The position numbers were made by a program, and so were the translations under genes. DNA of 64,000 nucleotides from Lama glama (taxonomy: Eukaryota): the NCBI GenBank assembly GCA_028534125.1, contig CM052818.1, forward strand, positions 10,976,001 through 11,040,000, in the 5' to 3' direction. Of the stretch, positions 51,081 through 64,000 are shown piece by piece. The notes beneath the pieces were generated by a model. That model made no database searches and was not told the origin of the DNA. It was given only the letters and a program-made list of their open reading frames with translations. Positions within the stretch are counted from its first letter, which is position 1. Every line of letters begins with the position of its first letter.

Positions 51081-52590
51081 GTAGCTGTGTAACTTTCCTC
51101 TGGCCTCTGTGGTTTCTGACAGTAAATTCTGTCACATGAATATATATTCCTATGTAAGTAAGGTGTCATTTTTCTCTTGATATTTTCAAGATTTTTCCTG
51201 TCTTTAGTTTTTGGAAGAAGACAGTTTTCCTGTCTTTTGTTTTCATTATCATGTGTTTTGATGTGCATTCCCTTGGGTTTATTCTTTGTGGGATTTGCTT
51301 TGTTTTTTGAATCTGCTGTTGTACATCTTTGCCAAATTTGTGAAATCTTTAGTTTTTATTTCTTTGAGAAGTTTTTAGCTCTCTCCTCTCCAACTGGAAA
51401 CCTGATGACATGAGCGTTAAGATATTATGTCATACGTTAGCCGCAGGTTCCTGAAGTTCTATTTATTTTAAAATTTCTGTTTACTTTTTCTCTGCTCAGA
51501 TTGAGTAATTTGTATTGTTTTATCTTTAAGTTCAGCAATTCTCTACCCTGTTTCTTCCATTCTATTGTTGAGTCCATCATTGAGTTTTTTATTTCAGTTA
51601 TCATATTTTTTAGTTTTAAAATTTCCATCTGATTCCATCTGATATATCTTTTATATTTGGCCAAGACTTTTTATTTGCTGTGTCTTTGTATTTTCATTGT
51701 CTCATTCTCATTTGTGTTTATAATTGCCCATTGAAGCATTTTTATGATGAGCAATCATCATAAAAATATTTTTTGTTAAATAATTTGTCAAATAATTCTA
51801 AAATATTTATCATCTCTGTGTTGGCATCTATTCATTGTCTTTTTTTAAATTCAACTTGATATCTTCTAGGTCCTTGATATGAAGAGTGATTTTCAATTGA
51901 ATCTTTGACATTTTAGTTATTATATTCTGAAAGTCTACATATTATTTAAATCTTCTCTTTTAACTGACTTCCTCTGGCACTGCTCCAACACAGGAATGAG
52001 AGTGTCACCTCATTACTGTTAGGTGTGGATAGAAATTCAGATTCACTGCTCACCTTTCTTTGACACCCAAGGTGGGCAGTACCCCTCATTACTGCTGGGT
52101 GTGGGTAGGAATTCTGGCTCTCCTTAGGCCGCCACTGATAACTTCCTGGCTAGGAGGGGTTGGAGTGCCTCATTACTGCCTCCCACATGGCTTCCAGTGA
52201 CACAGAGCAGGTAGTGGGGGAAGGGAGCTCATTTTGCTGGATGAAAGTCATAACTTTCCACTGTTGTCTGCTCTGACACCTCTTCATGGGGGAAATGAGG
52301 AGTCATTGGAAGTCTCCTTATTTTCAGCGAGGTATGGAATTCTACACCATGTGGTCTCCACTGATATCACTTTAGTGGAGGGTTATAACTACCCAAAAGG
52401 AAGTGGTGTCTGAGCTCCCAACTTGGCTATTGCTGACACAGGTCAGGGGAGGCCATGGCTTACTCTGTCTCCCTTCTTCTCTAAGAGTCTTTTAATGTTT
52501 GCTTTATATGTATTATCCTGGGTTGAATTGTATTTAGTGGAAAGAATAGGGGAAAATGTGTCTACTTTCCTGAAGCTGAGGTTCTACTAG
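51080..52590 (-). mobile_element. Old L1 ORF1 and 5' UTR remnant
   Basis: Minus-strand peptide NQMEILKLKNMITEIKNSMMD is the L1 ORF1 coiled coil. Repeated cctcattactg motifs occur in the 5' UTR-like part. Confidence 0.8.
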
Positions 52591-54689
52591 ATGCCGCTTT
52601 AATATCATCCCAGTGTCTAGACTTAAGCGTGACTTCCCACAGTCGTGAACTAAAGCCTATTTCCAAAATAGTGTATCTCCCTCTCAGGCTCTCAAATGAT
52701 ACCTGAATCTTCCAAACATTGAATTAATTTTTCTTTCCTTTTCTGTCATGCAAATGATGCATCAGCTACTTTGGAAAAGGTAAGAGTTCATCCTCTTATG
52801 TAAGGACTATTCAATTAATCAGCTAATTTGCTCTTTAGACCTTGGGACAAAGGAATCATAAAATCTGAGTTTAGGTTATGGGAAGAGGACTAGAGGTCTT
52901 CATGGGAAAAACCATAATGGCAAGTTCTAGGGCACTTGGGACAAACACAAGGACACTGGGCAGCTGGGAGGTGTTGTGCGAAGATTGGTGGGGGAATCGC
53001 ATAGAGGTCTCTGTGTCACTATCCTCAGGTGGGCCCTTCATGCTACTGCATTCACTTAGACCATTGATTTTTCTGCTCTCTAGATGACTATTTCAGACCT
53101 GTCTCTGTAAATCTGTACCAGCTGTCTCCCATCTTCACTGATAACCCACTATATATCCAGTTTCACTGAGAAATTATAAGAGAATGTCCACAAGTTTCAC
53201 AGCACATCTGCCTATCTACTTGGTGAATAAATAAATGATCATTATACAGAGTGAACACTACATGAAGGACAGAAACAACAAACCAGAATTATTACAGGAT
53301 ATACGTGGAGCTTCCATAGCCTCACCCAGCTCTGCTAAACAGTTTTGATCTAGAAGATCCAAGTGTGGACTGGCCTAACAAGCCATTTTTTAAAAAATAC
53401 AAAAATTATTGTGCTCAGGGAACCCTAATGAAATGTTAACTTGAGTTTTAAAATATAATTAAAAGCAACTTAGCAATATAAATGTAAGTATTATTTATGC
53501 AAATACTTTCCTGGTTTCTTAACTCCCTGCCTTTGGAGGTAGAGTTTGAAATAGTGCTAGCTTTACCTTGATATAAAAGGAAGATTACTCAGAAAATTTT
53601 ATTAAGAAATTCTTTATGTAGTATTTTTTTCTAGTTGGTGAATGTCTTCACCACTTACAAAACATGCTGGAAAGAAAGCGTGCATTCAAGAAGATTTGCA
53701 ATTTCAAAAGGAAATTGCCCATAAGAAAATTTGAACAAGTTTTAAAGAATGAAACTTTTAAAAAAGTAACACTAAAAAATCATAGATCATTCAATTGAGG
53801 TATCATAATCTCAATTTTGGAGACTGGTATTTTCCAAGAAATTTTCAAAAAAAGAGAAACAAAACAAGTTTGATTCACTGCCTACTTTTCTTAATTTACC
53901 CGCTTAAACAATCCAAAGCTTCATCAGTTCTCCAGTAATTTCTCTCTCCTGTTTTATTCATTATTATACCATAATATTCACTTTTCCAAGGGTAATTCCA
54001 TCTTAAAATTACTGTTTTGACTTTCAGGCCTCAACACTCCACTCAAATATTTATTTTTTTAATATTTTTTACTCCTAAAAATACTGCACCTTCTTCAAAG
54101 GAAAAGTCCACTTAAAACATTTTTTTCTTTAATGAAACACACATATGTTCTTTATTTAAAAAAAAAGTTAAAGTGAATGCTAGATCTTACTATTTATGAG
54201 GATAATTTTCTAATCTGTCAGTTTTATTCTTTGGTTTTATAGCTTTGAAATGGGTATTTTTAATTAAAATACAAGGGGTAGATCAGAGGCCGGTGATAGT
54301 TCTAAAGAATCCTTGCTGCTATGTCTTAAACATTGACCTGCTGAAGACAGAATAGAGACCGAGATGCACAGTACAGTGCATCCTGTACGGGGTACCAGCA
54401 GTGTTACCTATAGGAAGAAAAGTGCTTGTCACTAGGGACCTCTTACTTGCTCTATTTAGGTCTCATCATCTACATCCTTATGGTAGCACTTGAAGATGTT
54501 GACCACCTTCTGCTCCTTGATGTTCTCCACCTACCTTGTTGACAATTCATCCTCTTGGTTCTTTTCTTATCTCTCAGCTTCTTGTGGTCTGCAGCTTGTC
54601 TCCATTCTCTTTTTTTTTTTTTTTTTTCATTCAAGGAGAATCTACCCTTGCCCTCGCCATGTCCTCTCTGTTTTAATGAGTATAAGATA

Positions 54690-55180
54690 ATTTCTTTGGT
54701 AATTTGTTTTGAATAGTTAATACATTCTCATGGTTCAAAAATCAGAACAATATCACAAGAATTATACTGACGAGGTAGCCTTCCACTTGGTCCTTATTTT
54801 CCTTGTTTTTCCTTACTACCATATATGACCACCTTGATTAGTTTTGTATGTTTCTAGTGTTTCTTTTTTACATGCAAGTAAATAAAATATATATTCTACT
54901 TTTCCAAATGTTTTTACACAAAGCTTAGTATACTTTATGTACCAGTCTGCACCATGTGTTTTTTACTTAACTATATATTTTCTTAATCTTTGCGTATCAC
55001 TACAGGTTTTCAGTAGTTACATAACATTTCATTTTGTTGATGTACCCTAGTTTATCTACCCACCTCCCCTCAGATGAACACTTGATTTGTGTCCAATCTG
55101 TTGTTACAAATATCACTGTAATTGATAGCATATATCATTTTGGACATGTAGGGGTGTTCCTGGAGGTGGAATGGTCGGGC
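54690..55180 (-). mobile_element. Old L1 (L1ME-like) 3' UTR
   Basis: gaatagttaatacattctcatggttcaaaaatcaga...ttgatgtaccctagtttatctacc...gatgaacacttgatttgtgtccaatct. Confidence 0.65.
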
Positions 55181-57849
55181 AATTGGCTCTCTTTTCCTCT
55201 CCTATAAGCTCTACCTTATCACTCTTAATAAAGCTACAGACTTCAATTTATCTCTAATATCTGGATTCGTCCCTTATTTATGGAACACTCTAGACTCTGC
55301 CCAAGCTTCTCTCTCAAATCGTCCACTATTTGCTAGGCATTGCCACTTCAGTATTCCATTGGCAATTCAAATTTGCCATTTGTCATACTGAATTCATCCT
55401 TTTCCTTTTCTTTTTTAGTTATCTAACCTGGTGCTTCCTTAGTTTACCTATGAAGGATTTTTTACATTAAAAAAAAAATCTTTCTTTTAATCCTTCTTCT
55501 TCCCAGCCTTTCCTTAAATACAAACTTCGGCTGTTTGATCAAATGCCCCATTTTCTCTCCAAATATTTATTCATTTTGTTTTCATTCTATTCTGGTACAA
55601 TATGAAAACTGGGAGGTGGGTCATTTTCTTAGACTCTTTATAATACCCCACCTTTTTCTTTATCTCAGACCTGAGCTAAACAGTAATGGAATAATTTAGG
55701 CTGCTGCTTTGATAGACAGTATAAACTAAAATGTGATGATTTGACATTTAGTAAACTAGATACCTCTCTTTTACCAGGCATTTAAAAATGAATATCCATA
55801 AAAAAACAAATTTCTCACCATAGACGTTACTCAATTAAATGACCAGTACTAAATTAAACTTTCTGCCTTTTCAGTTTGTTTTGGCTTTTGTGCCATCTGT
55901 TAACTTGAAAACATACTTAATTAACTTTTGGTCATACATTTAGTGGTCAGCACGTAATTTCACTGCTATAAAATGCGATTAAATAAATCACTGTGTGGAA
56001 TTAACTGGATGATTCAAACTACAGAGCTGCCAGTTACATTTGTTTTCATTGGGAATGTTATACCTTCAAGGAAACCAATAGTTCTGGCCACAGTGTTGGG
56101 TTTTGTCTATTTTATTCTGTTTTACTTATTTAGTTCCAAAGAAGCAAGCTTGACTTTTTAAAAAAATTCTATTAACTTTTGACAAAGCTAACTTACTTTT
56201 TTATTTCTTGTTTTTTCTTTAATGTAGGCAGAGCCTTTGTCCAACATCAGAGGATAGCTAAGGCTTACTGGAGAAAGATATTATGAGAATGGTCTTGCCT
56301 AATTTTATCAGTTTGGGACATTCCCCCTAGATCTGTCACTTTATAGAAGTCTTATTTGTCACAATTATCCTTCATCACTCGCTCTTGCAGAGTTGATTTA
56401 AAAAGCACATCTAGAGGTAAAATATAAGTATCCAGTAACAGAGTAGCTTATTCTCAAATAAACCTTTCTGTGATATACTGATCTCTAGAAGAGAACGTGA
56501 AAATAACACATGTATTGATCAGAGATAACCGAAGAAGGTTAGACAGTGTTGAGGAATACACTAGTTAGTTTGTAGCTATCTGAGATAGCAGTAGCCAACT
56601 AAATTTGAATTTTGAGAACAGAGAACAACTCTAGTGAAAGAGCTATTTTTTTTAATGTAATGAATGTTGACTTGTGATTCTATAATGGATAATTCTGATT
56701 ATAATAAGACCTCCTCAGGGAACAGGTATGACAGCAATATGTTTATCAGCAACTTACTCTTTATTATTAAATATCAGGAGAACTAACTAGTTGTCAGTAA
56801 TAATGAACTGAAGATCATGTATTTCCAGCAATTTTGACAATATAATAGTATTATAATCAGAGGAGGCCTGGAATTCATCTGCATGTGAACAAGTGGAGTA
56901 TTTATCATTTTGAAAAATACTTAAGTTTAATCTCCTTCACTTAAAAAAATAAAATATGAGTTCTGCCATTGGCAAAATTAAATGGCACATAACATAATAA
57001 ATAGACACACACAAACACATACTGATTTATGTGTGTGTGTGGTTTCTTTAGATTGACCAGTTTTTAACGTAAGAATTTAGTTCGTCATACTTTATAAGCA
57101 CTAATACCTCTACCATGATAGCAGGTCTACTACTACAGCAGGGCAAACAACCACGAGATTGTATATTAGGTGCTTGAGAAAAATATTATCTAAATCAATT
57201 CTTATGTAAGTAAGTTACAATGAAGCAACAGCACCACCACAATTTTAAAATGACAGTACTACAGCACACTGGCCATAACATACTTGGGTTACTACCATAA
57301 GCATTAGCCATGAAAATACATGCTTTCTTAAGTGCTGTGAATTATATGGAACAATTCTGAATATGTTGTCTATTGAACTAATGAATCAAAATGGAATTTA
57401 CCCCATTCTCTACCATCAGTATATGGAAAATGTATATAGGAATACAGATTCAGAATATACACCGCATCATTCTTGGCAATAATGATGTGTTAGACTTTGT
57501 TCATTTTAATGGAGAAAGAACCTCAATTTGGCAGTTCAAGGACATTTCCAATTTGGTAGGGGCCTAAAAACATGGTTTGGAAAAATTTAGAACTTATGCT
57601 AGACATAGAATGCTATTTAAATGGAATTTGTAATCTGTTTAGGGTATGTGAAATTAAGTTAAAATGTAGAAATTCCACAGGACTTGATCTTTTGAATAAA
57701 ATCCTATTCTGAGGGGCAGGTATCTTCCTTCATCTCTCCTTTTTAAAACCTGGAAGACATGAACCAGCATATTATCTAACAGGAACTTACTCTTTCTTGC
57801 TTCCATTGGAAGAGCTGCAAGAAAGTATATGATTGAAAAGTACATGCTA

Positions 57850-59300
57850 AATGTAGAAAATTTGGAAAATACTAGAAAAATGGAATAACACACTATAAAC
57901 TATCTATAGATGTACTATACAGATAAAACAAATATGAATATTTATAAATACCTAAAAATGAACATAAACAAATACACGTATTCATACACACAACAGATTA
58001 TACAAAAATCAAATCAAGCAATACATTGTTTTTCTACAATTTATATGCAACATATAGTTTTTCCCATATCATAGAAAGATACAAACTCATCTCTTTCTAA
58101 TATCTGTATCTGTTGTATGTGTTTGGCGGAAATACTGTGTAACGATGTGCTACTGTACATCTCTTAGTAACCATATTTTTAAGTTTGATATCAGTTTTCC
58201 GGGATTGTTTCATCACAGCAATGGAACAAACACTACAAACCAGTGTCTGAATTATTGTTTTGTTTCTTTTCAAGATTTAATGAAGCAATGGAAAATACAT
58301 TAATAATGCAAGTTTACTTTTAAAATATATCATGTCTATAGTGTTTGTTACACATAGTGATAAACATTGAGGAAATACTTCTTCACAATTGAAGAAGTCC
58401 CAATTATCCTATGTAGCAAGGAATCTGCTCATCTTATTGAAGAATGAGTGGCATTCTAATTTTAATCCTTTTTTTTCCCTTTTTTTTTCCTCCTTTTGTT
58501 TTACCATTAACATTTAATTTATGTATCAACCAATATTCATGTGAGAACTACATCCAGAGGGCCAGATGTTAAGACATTTACAAGCATGCTACTGGCCATT
58601 TTCCACACTCCACAATCTCACCATCACTGAGTGTTAATAACTATAAAAATTGTTTATTCTTGGAAAATTAAAAGTCACGTGTCATTGCTAAGCACTTTTT
58701 CATATATTTATCAGGCATTTTAATTTCTTTTGTGTGTGCAAATTATTTGCTTCTGTTAGTCCATATTTTTATTGGGGTTATACTTTTAATTTTATTAATT
58801 TGTAAAACCTTTTTTAATAGTAATGATAGTAACCCTTTCTTCATATTTGATGAAAATATATTTCTACCAGTTTACTCTTTGTTGCTTGAATTTATGTATT
58901 TTGGATAAAAAGTTTCTGCCTTTTTAAATGTTTAGAAAGCATTTTCGTACCCTACAAGTAGTTAATATTTATTCATCTTCTCTTTTTATGTAATGCAGTA
59001 ATCAATCATTTTTATGTTTAATTTCTCAGGATATCTAGGATTTTTTTACACATATCTTCCCTAATATCCATTTTTTCTAATCCGATTTATTGACTAAGGA
59101 ATTCTACCCTTATTATTCTGTGATGTTTCTTTTTTCATTAGCCAAATTCCCATTTTGACTAAGATCAGTTTTAGGGCTGATAATTAGGTCCCATCAACAT
59201 ATCTGCTATTTGGCACAAATGAAAACGTTATCTTAAAATCTATTAGGGAAAGCCTCAGCTCCCTCTCTTCCAGTACATTCACAATAGTGACAGCAGTGGT
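57850..59300 (-). mobile_element. Very old L1 remnants
   Basis: gtagaaaatttggaaaatact, aagcactttttcatatatttatcaggcatt, and gtaatgatagtaaccctttc...tgaaaatatatttctacc. Confidence 0.5.
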
Positions 59301-59804
59301 CACAGCTTTTTTTTTTTTTAATCCAACCAAACTTTTTGATGAATTTATTTGGTATTTATTCATCAGTATTATGTTTCCTGTTCAGTTTCCTATATACATT
59401 TTCTTATTTGTGGTAAAGGCCTGTAACACTCTGTTCTGCCTTCCTAAGAAACATTTTAATTTTGTAGATTCAGTTATTTCAATAGCAAACCAATAGTCAG
59501 TGGCTAAACAATTTTCAAATATAAATTAATGTTTCATTTAAATTAAAGATTATTCATAATACTTACATGATTATAAATATGTACTTATAGAACATAAACA
59601 TTGCTGAGAAAATTCTGACATTGGTCACATCTGTCCTTCGTTCTACTAGAATTACTTTATTTTCCGATTACATGGTTAAGGTATTTCCTATATATTTCCA
59701 TCACTTTTATCATCTTTACCCCCTACTCTTTCAGGAACAAAGTTTATAGCCACTAAAAATTAGCTCTTGGGAGTAGAGAGCTTGTCTTCCTCTCTATCAG
59801 ACTT

Positions 59805-59916
59805 CCTTTCTCCCTTCCTTTTTTCCTTCCTTCCTTCTTTCCTGCTTTCCTCCCTCCCTCTCTTCCTGTTTTCCCGTCTTCCCTTCTTATCTCCTCTTCC
59901 TTGCCTTCCTTCCCCC
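59805..59916. repeat. Polypyrimidine (CTTC/CCTT-rich) low-complexity tract
   Basis: ttcctttctcccttccttttttccttccttccttctttcctgc... Confidence 0.85.
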
Positions 59917-60121
59917 TAATACGGTGCCATTTTTCTCTGGTTGTTAGTTTAACTTCTGATCACATGATAGTGATGTCTTAAAAGTTTGAAAAAATACCAT
60001 TTGTAAAAGTTGTCTGATTTTAAATATTTCTTGAAGGTAATCCATAATGACTTCACATTTTTCTGTGCAATTGGACTTTTTTCTTATTTTTTATTTTGCT
60101 TAGTTTTATGTAAAATCTTCT

Positions 60122-60360
60122 GAGAGGTAGTGTGATGTGGTGGCAGTGAGTAGGGACTCTGGAGCCAGATTTCTCATCTAATCCCACTTACCAGCTGTTT
60201 ACCCTAGGGTAAATTGCTTAACATCTCAGTGTCTCACTTTCCTTACGTGCGAACTACCTTACATATCATATAGTTTTATCTGAGAATTAGTTTAATAGAT
60301 TTAAAGATCTTGGAACACTGGCACTAGATAAGCACTCAAAATATGTTAGCTACTATTAAC
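60122..60360 (+). mobile_element. MIR SINE, near full length
   Basis: gggactctggagccaga...ccacttaccagctgtttaccctagggtaaattgcttaacatctcagtgtctcactttcctta...ggcactagataagcactcaaaatatgttagctactatt. Confidence 0.85.
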
Positions 60361-61464
60361 TATTTCTAAAATTCTCATATTTATAGGAGGTCATTAGGCA
60401 TAGTACTTTCACGTTTTAAAAAACTCTTTATTTGGAAACATCCCCTTCATCATATATAAAATTTTATTCTCATTTTTATAACCAATTTATTAGAAGTTAA
60501 ATATTATCTTTTATGTATTTTGATTTTTTGTCTCACTCTAAAAAGAGTAACCTCCTCGTCTTACTAATAACTTAGAAACTTACAGTATAGAAATTAGATA
60601 ATTTGTTGGGTTTTGCAATGTATTATTTTGCTTTCCTCTGGCTTTCATTAAGTTTATGTTGGAATCAGAAAATACCATGAATTCCTTTAATTTTTCATTT
60701 CTTTATTATTCTGGGAGAACTCCTACAGTTTGCCCTCAACATTTCTGCAAACTAATTAAATTTATTTTTTATCTTCCACAGTCCAGACTTTAATTTCTCT
60801 ATTGTTCATTTTAGTTTACTTACTACTTTTTCTTATGTTACCCATCTCATGTTGTACCTAAAATGTTTTGGGTTTTTTTGTTTTGTTTTTTTTACAGCTC
60901 AGCATGATGTAATATGACCCTTTGTTTTCCTGGTTGACAGGAATCACATATTTTTGCATACTGTTTGAATGCCAAATAGTATTCTAACCCTTGCTACTGG
61001 TTCTGAATTGAACGTGATAGAGGCACACTCAGCATTTGTCCAGCAGTTGACATGTATGGCTTGCTTCGGCACCACTTGTGCTTAGTATCACTAAGTTTAT
61101 ATCCGAAGTATCACTAAGATTCTATTCTCCATTCATTTCTGTCGAGCAGATTTTAAGCACATCTCTTCCGGATTGATTTAAGATTATCTCCAGCATTCAT
61201 TCTGTGATTCACTGACACTGAGCCAATTAAGTTCAAGCAAACTACAATTATCAGTGTGTCCCACCAACAGTCATGGTCCTGTCACTGCTCCCATTCACAG
61301 CGTTAAATTTCTGTGGTTATGTATCTCAAAGATTAAGTGGCTTTCCATTAGCATTTCCTTATTTCCTAACCTTTTGTTTTCTGGGTATTTCAATGTATGA
61401 ATTATAGGAGAAATTTAAAGATAGAAGAGGAAAAACAGTAATTTGTGTGTTAAAATACAATGTC

Positions 61465-61803
61465 CATTGTCTGAGCGAGCTTGGGCTGCTGTAACAAATA
61501 CCATAGATGGTGTAGCGTAAAGAACAAAAATGTATTTCTGGCAGCCCAAGATAAGGGTGCCAGCATAGTTGAGATCTGATGAGAGTCCTCTTCCTGGCCA
61601 CCTTCTCACTGTGTCTTTTGTCACATGCCCAAAGGAGAGATCAGCTTTCTCATGTCTCTTCCTATAAGGGCATTAATCCCATTTGTGATTCACTAATTCA
61701 CCTTCATCACCTAATTACCTCCCAAAGACCCCACCTCCTAATACCATCACGTGAGGTTTCAACATGTAAATATTGGGAGAGCACAATCATTCAGTCTGTA
61801 ACG
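61465..61803 (-). mobile_element. MaLR solo LTR (MLT1A-like)
   Basis: gggctgctgtaacaaataccataga...ccaagataagggtgccagca...tataagggcattaatccc...acctaattacctcccaaagaccccacctcctaataccatcac...cattcagtctgtaac. Confidence 0.9.
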
Positions 61804-62370
61804 CAGCAAAGTTTTCTCATGGCATGGATGGGATGCATCTCTGCTTCAAAGACAAGTAATGATGGAGAGAGAAATCACTGTCTTTCTCTCTTAAGGATCC
61901 CTTGTTTTAGCAACAAATGTCTAACTGTTAATTGTGCTATTTCATTCAAGTACATAGATTTTGTAGATAGTGTGATATTTTCCTAACTTTTTGGCAGTAG
62001 GTTCATTGTCACTTACTGAAGTTTTTGTGAATATTCACCTTTTCGTGGACCTTTGTGGTTACTTTATTGGGATTTAGAGAGAGGCTGTGCTAGGAAAATC
62101 TAGTCAGACACTCCTACTCTTTCCCCATATTAATTATTCTGAATAATCTTTTAAGGAGTATTTTCAGTGTAAATGTTTTGAAAGTAATGAAATCAATGAA
62201 AACTTAGTTCCTTCTCTGTCCAAAATGACACAACTAAGTAATTTTCATGAGCTCTATCTCATACCAGCAAAAATCAAATAAACAGAACAAGGTTTTGAAT
62301 ACATAGGCTCCAAAGTATGAAGTTATATTATTAAAGTTTTCCAGTCTTTTTCCCAACCTCTAAGACTATA

Positions 62371-62745
62371 CAATTGACCCTTGAACAACACAGGTGAGAA
62401 ACACTGACTGACCGCTGTGCAGTCAAAAAACTCCCCTTATAACTTTAGATTCCCCCCCAAATTTAACTACTAAAAGCCTACTGCTGACCAGAAGCCTTAC
62501 TAATAGCATAACTAGTCTATTAACACGTGTTTTGTATGTTCAATGTACATCTGCATATATTTTATACCTTCATGACATAGCTATCTTATTCATATTTTTC
62601 TCAATATTTCTAGGCTATGTGGTTCACATGTGAGTTTTTTCAAATTGTTGCAAATCTTAAAACATTTTTTCAATACATTTATTGAAAAGATCTGCATAGA
62701 AGGGGACCCACGCAGCTCAAACTCATGCTGTTCAAGGGTCAACTC
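62371..62745 (-). mobile_element. Tigger2a/MER28-like non-autonomous TcMar-Tigger element
   Basis: Terminal inverted repeats caattgacccttgaacaac / gctgttcaagggtcaactc, flanked by TA on both sides (62369-70, 62746-47). Confidence 0.9.
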
Positions 62746-63149
62746 TACTTAAACTACTGACTTTTACTATATTGAGAATTGAAGAAAAATCTGTCAATGT
62801 ATGTATACTGTATGGTATACTTAAAATTAAATATAAGATTTACTTTTATAACTAAAACTGTAAAAATTCTAAATAAAATTTGTACCGGGGAATATTATTT
62901 TCAGATTCTTTGCTGCAAAATTCTATTATATTTATAAATATAAGTAATTTGAATGTTCCAAGTAAGCAATTTAAATACCCCAATGAAGGAATTACTGAAA
63001 GAAGATAAGATTTAACTACATATGAATTTAAATAAATAAGTATTCTTCCTTATAAAAGGGTTTTGTATCTCATATAAATGACCAATATTCAAGTGTTACA
63101 AGCAACAGAATTTTGAATAGTGGCTATGAAAAAAAAATTCGTCCATCTT

Positions 63150-63345
63150 TATGGTGTGCACGGACACAGTATGCTAAGCACTCTGGTCTTTCGCTTCCTG
63201 GTTTTATCCCTGTTGGGCAATCCAACAACTTTGAATTTTATTTCCTTAATGATAATTTAGTAATAATAATATTTTGAGTTATATTGATAAATAAATGAGA
63301 CAATGTGAGCGCTCTATAAATGGAAAAATCCCTATGCAAATATAC
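63150..63345 (+). mobile_element. MIR SINE, degenerate
   Basis: cctggttttatccctgttgggcaa...ataaatgagacaatgtgagcgctctataaa. Confidence 0.45.
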
Positions 63346-63833
63346 ACTAAAATACTAGCCTGTGTAGCAACAGTTAGGCATACAATTAGTAACTGTTTTG
63401 GCAATGTCACTTTAAACTATAAAGGACAATCCATATAGAAATAATTGTATATATATTTATTACGGGCCGTTGCAACTGTTGATAGTTCTTAAACTGTTCA
63501 CATGGTGCTTAATGCCCAGTTAGTAAACCAAGTAGACTCCGTTTCCGACTTAAATGGACTGTAAATGAAGGTATAAAGAATGGTTTCACTTACACATTTA
63601 AATAATTGCAGGACTTCAGTTGGATGGGGAATACTTTGTCCTCATTAATAAGGACTGGTTCAGATTACATTATGAAAGAATTTCTGAAGCAACAGTTTAA
63701 TTTCATTTTTTCCCAAGCACACATTACCATGGTCTGCTGAAGAGTAATCATGCTCTAGAAAGCTTAAAAAAGAAGGCTGAGAAACAGATAGGAAAGAGAA
63801 AGATTGAGGTGACTTCTGTAGCTCCCTGCCCCC

Positions 63834-63953
63834 TTTTTTTGTTTTTTTTTGTTGTTGTTGTTGTTTTTGTCTTTAATGGAGGTACTGGGGATTGAACCCA
63901 GGACTTCCTGCATGCTAGGCATGCGCTCTACCACTGAGCTATACCCTCCCCCC
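63834..63953 (-). mobile_element. tRNA-Ala-derived SINE (camelid vic-1 type)
   Basis: Minus strand reads gggggagggtatagctcagtggtagagcgcatgcctagcatgcaggaagtcctgggttcaatccccagtacctccattaaa plus an (AAC)/A tail. Confidence 0.9.
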
Positions 63954-64000
63954 TAAGTAATTAAGTTGGTTTTTTTTTTGGGGGGGGGGTTAATCTTCCT

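Noticed and set aside
61084..61118. Direct repeat agtatcactaag twice with an 11-nt spacer (CRISPR-like or TSD-like)
   Set aside because: Only two units in a eukaryotic context with no poly-A or element between them. Most simply a small local duplication.
1..64000. Short ORFs in the supplied six-frame track as host genes
   Set aside because: All are 60-142 aa, many use non-ATG starts or lie in repeats or antisense to L1, and none resembles a host protein I recognise. This is the expected background for mammalian non-coding DNA.
63955..64000. T and G homopolymer run resembling the tail of another vic-1 SINE
   Set aside because: Cut off by the window edge and too short to classify.

Overview
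This is mammalian, AT-rich, CpG-poor non-coding DNA (intergenic or deep intronic), most likely from a camelid. That inference rests on two tRNA-Ala-derived vic-1-type SINE copies and cetartiodactyl-type L1 3' ends. I cannot support any host protein-coding exon, RNA gene or prokaryote-style system. The only recognisable peptides in the ORF track are L1 ORF1/ORF2 remnants and one possible Tigger/pogo HTH remnant. Much of the window is layered transposon debris: L1 of several ages, L2, MIR, CR1/L3, MaLR and ERV1 LTRs, and hAT and Tigger DNA elements. Between these are unique blocks that may be conserved regulatory DNA or lncRNA exons. The most notable structures are a MER41-like solo LTR with an intact STAT/GAS site, a twin-priming-type inverted L1 whose 3' end is replaced by (TG)n, a TSD-bounded nested L1 chimera, a poly(A)-only insertion with a perfect 15-bp TSD, and a candidate Tigger/CENP-B HTH fossil. 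Repeat family names come from my memory of consensus sequences, and boundaries of old repeats are approximate. I did not find a demonstrably new biological system.
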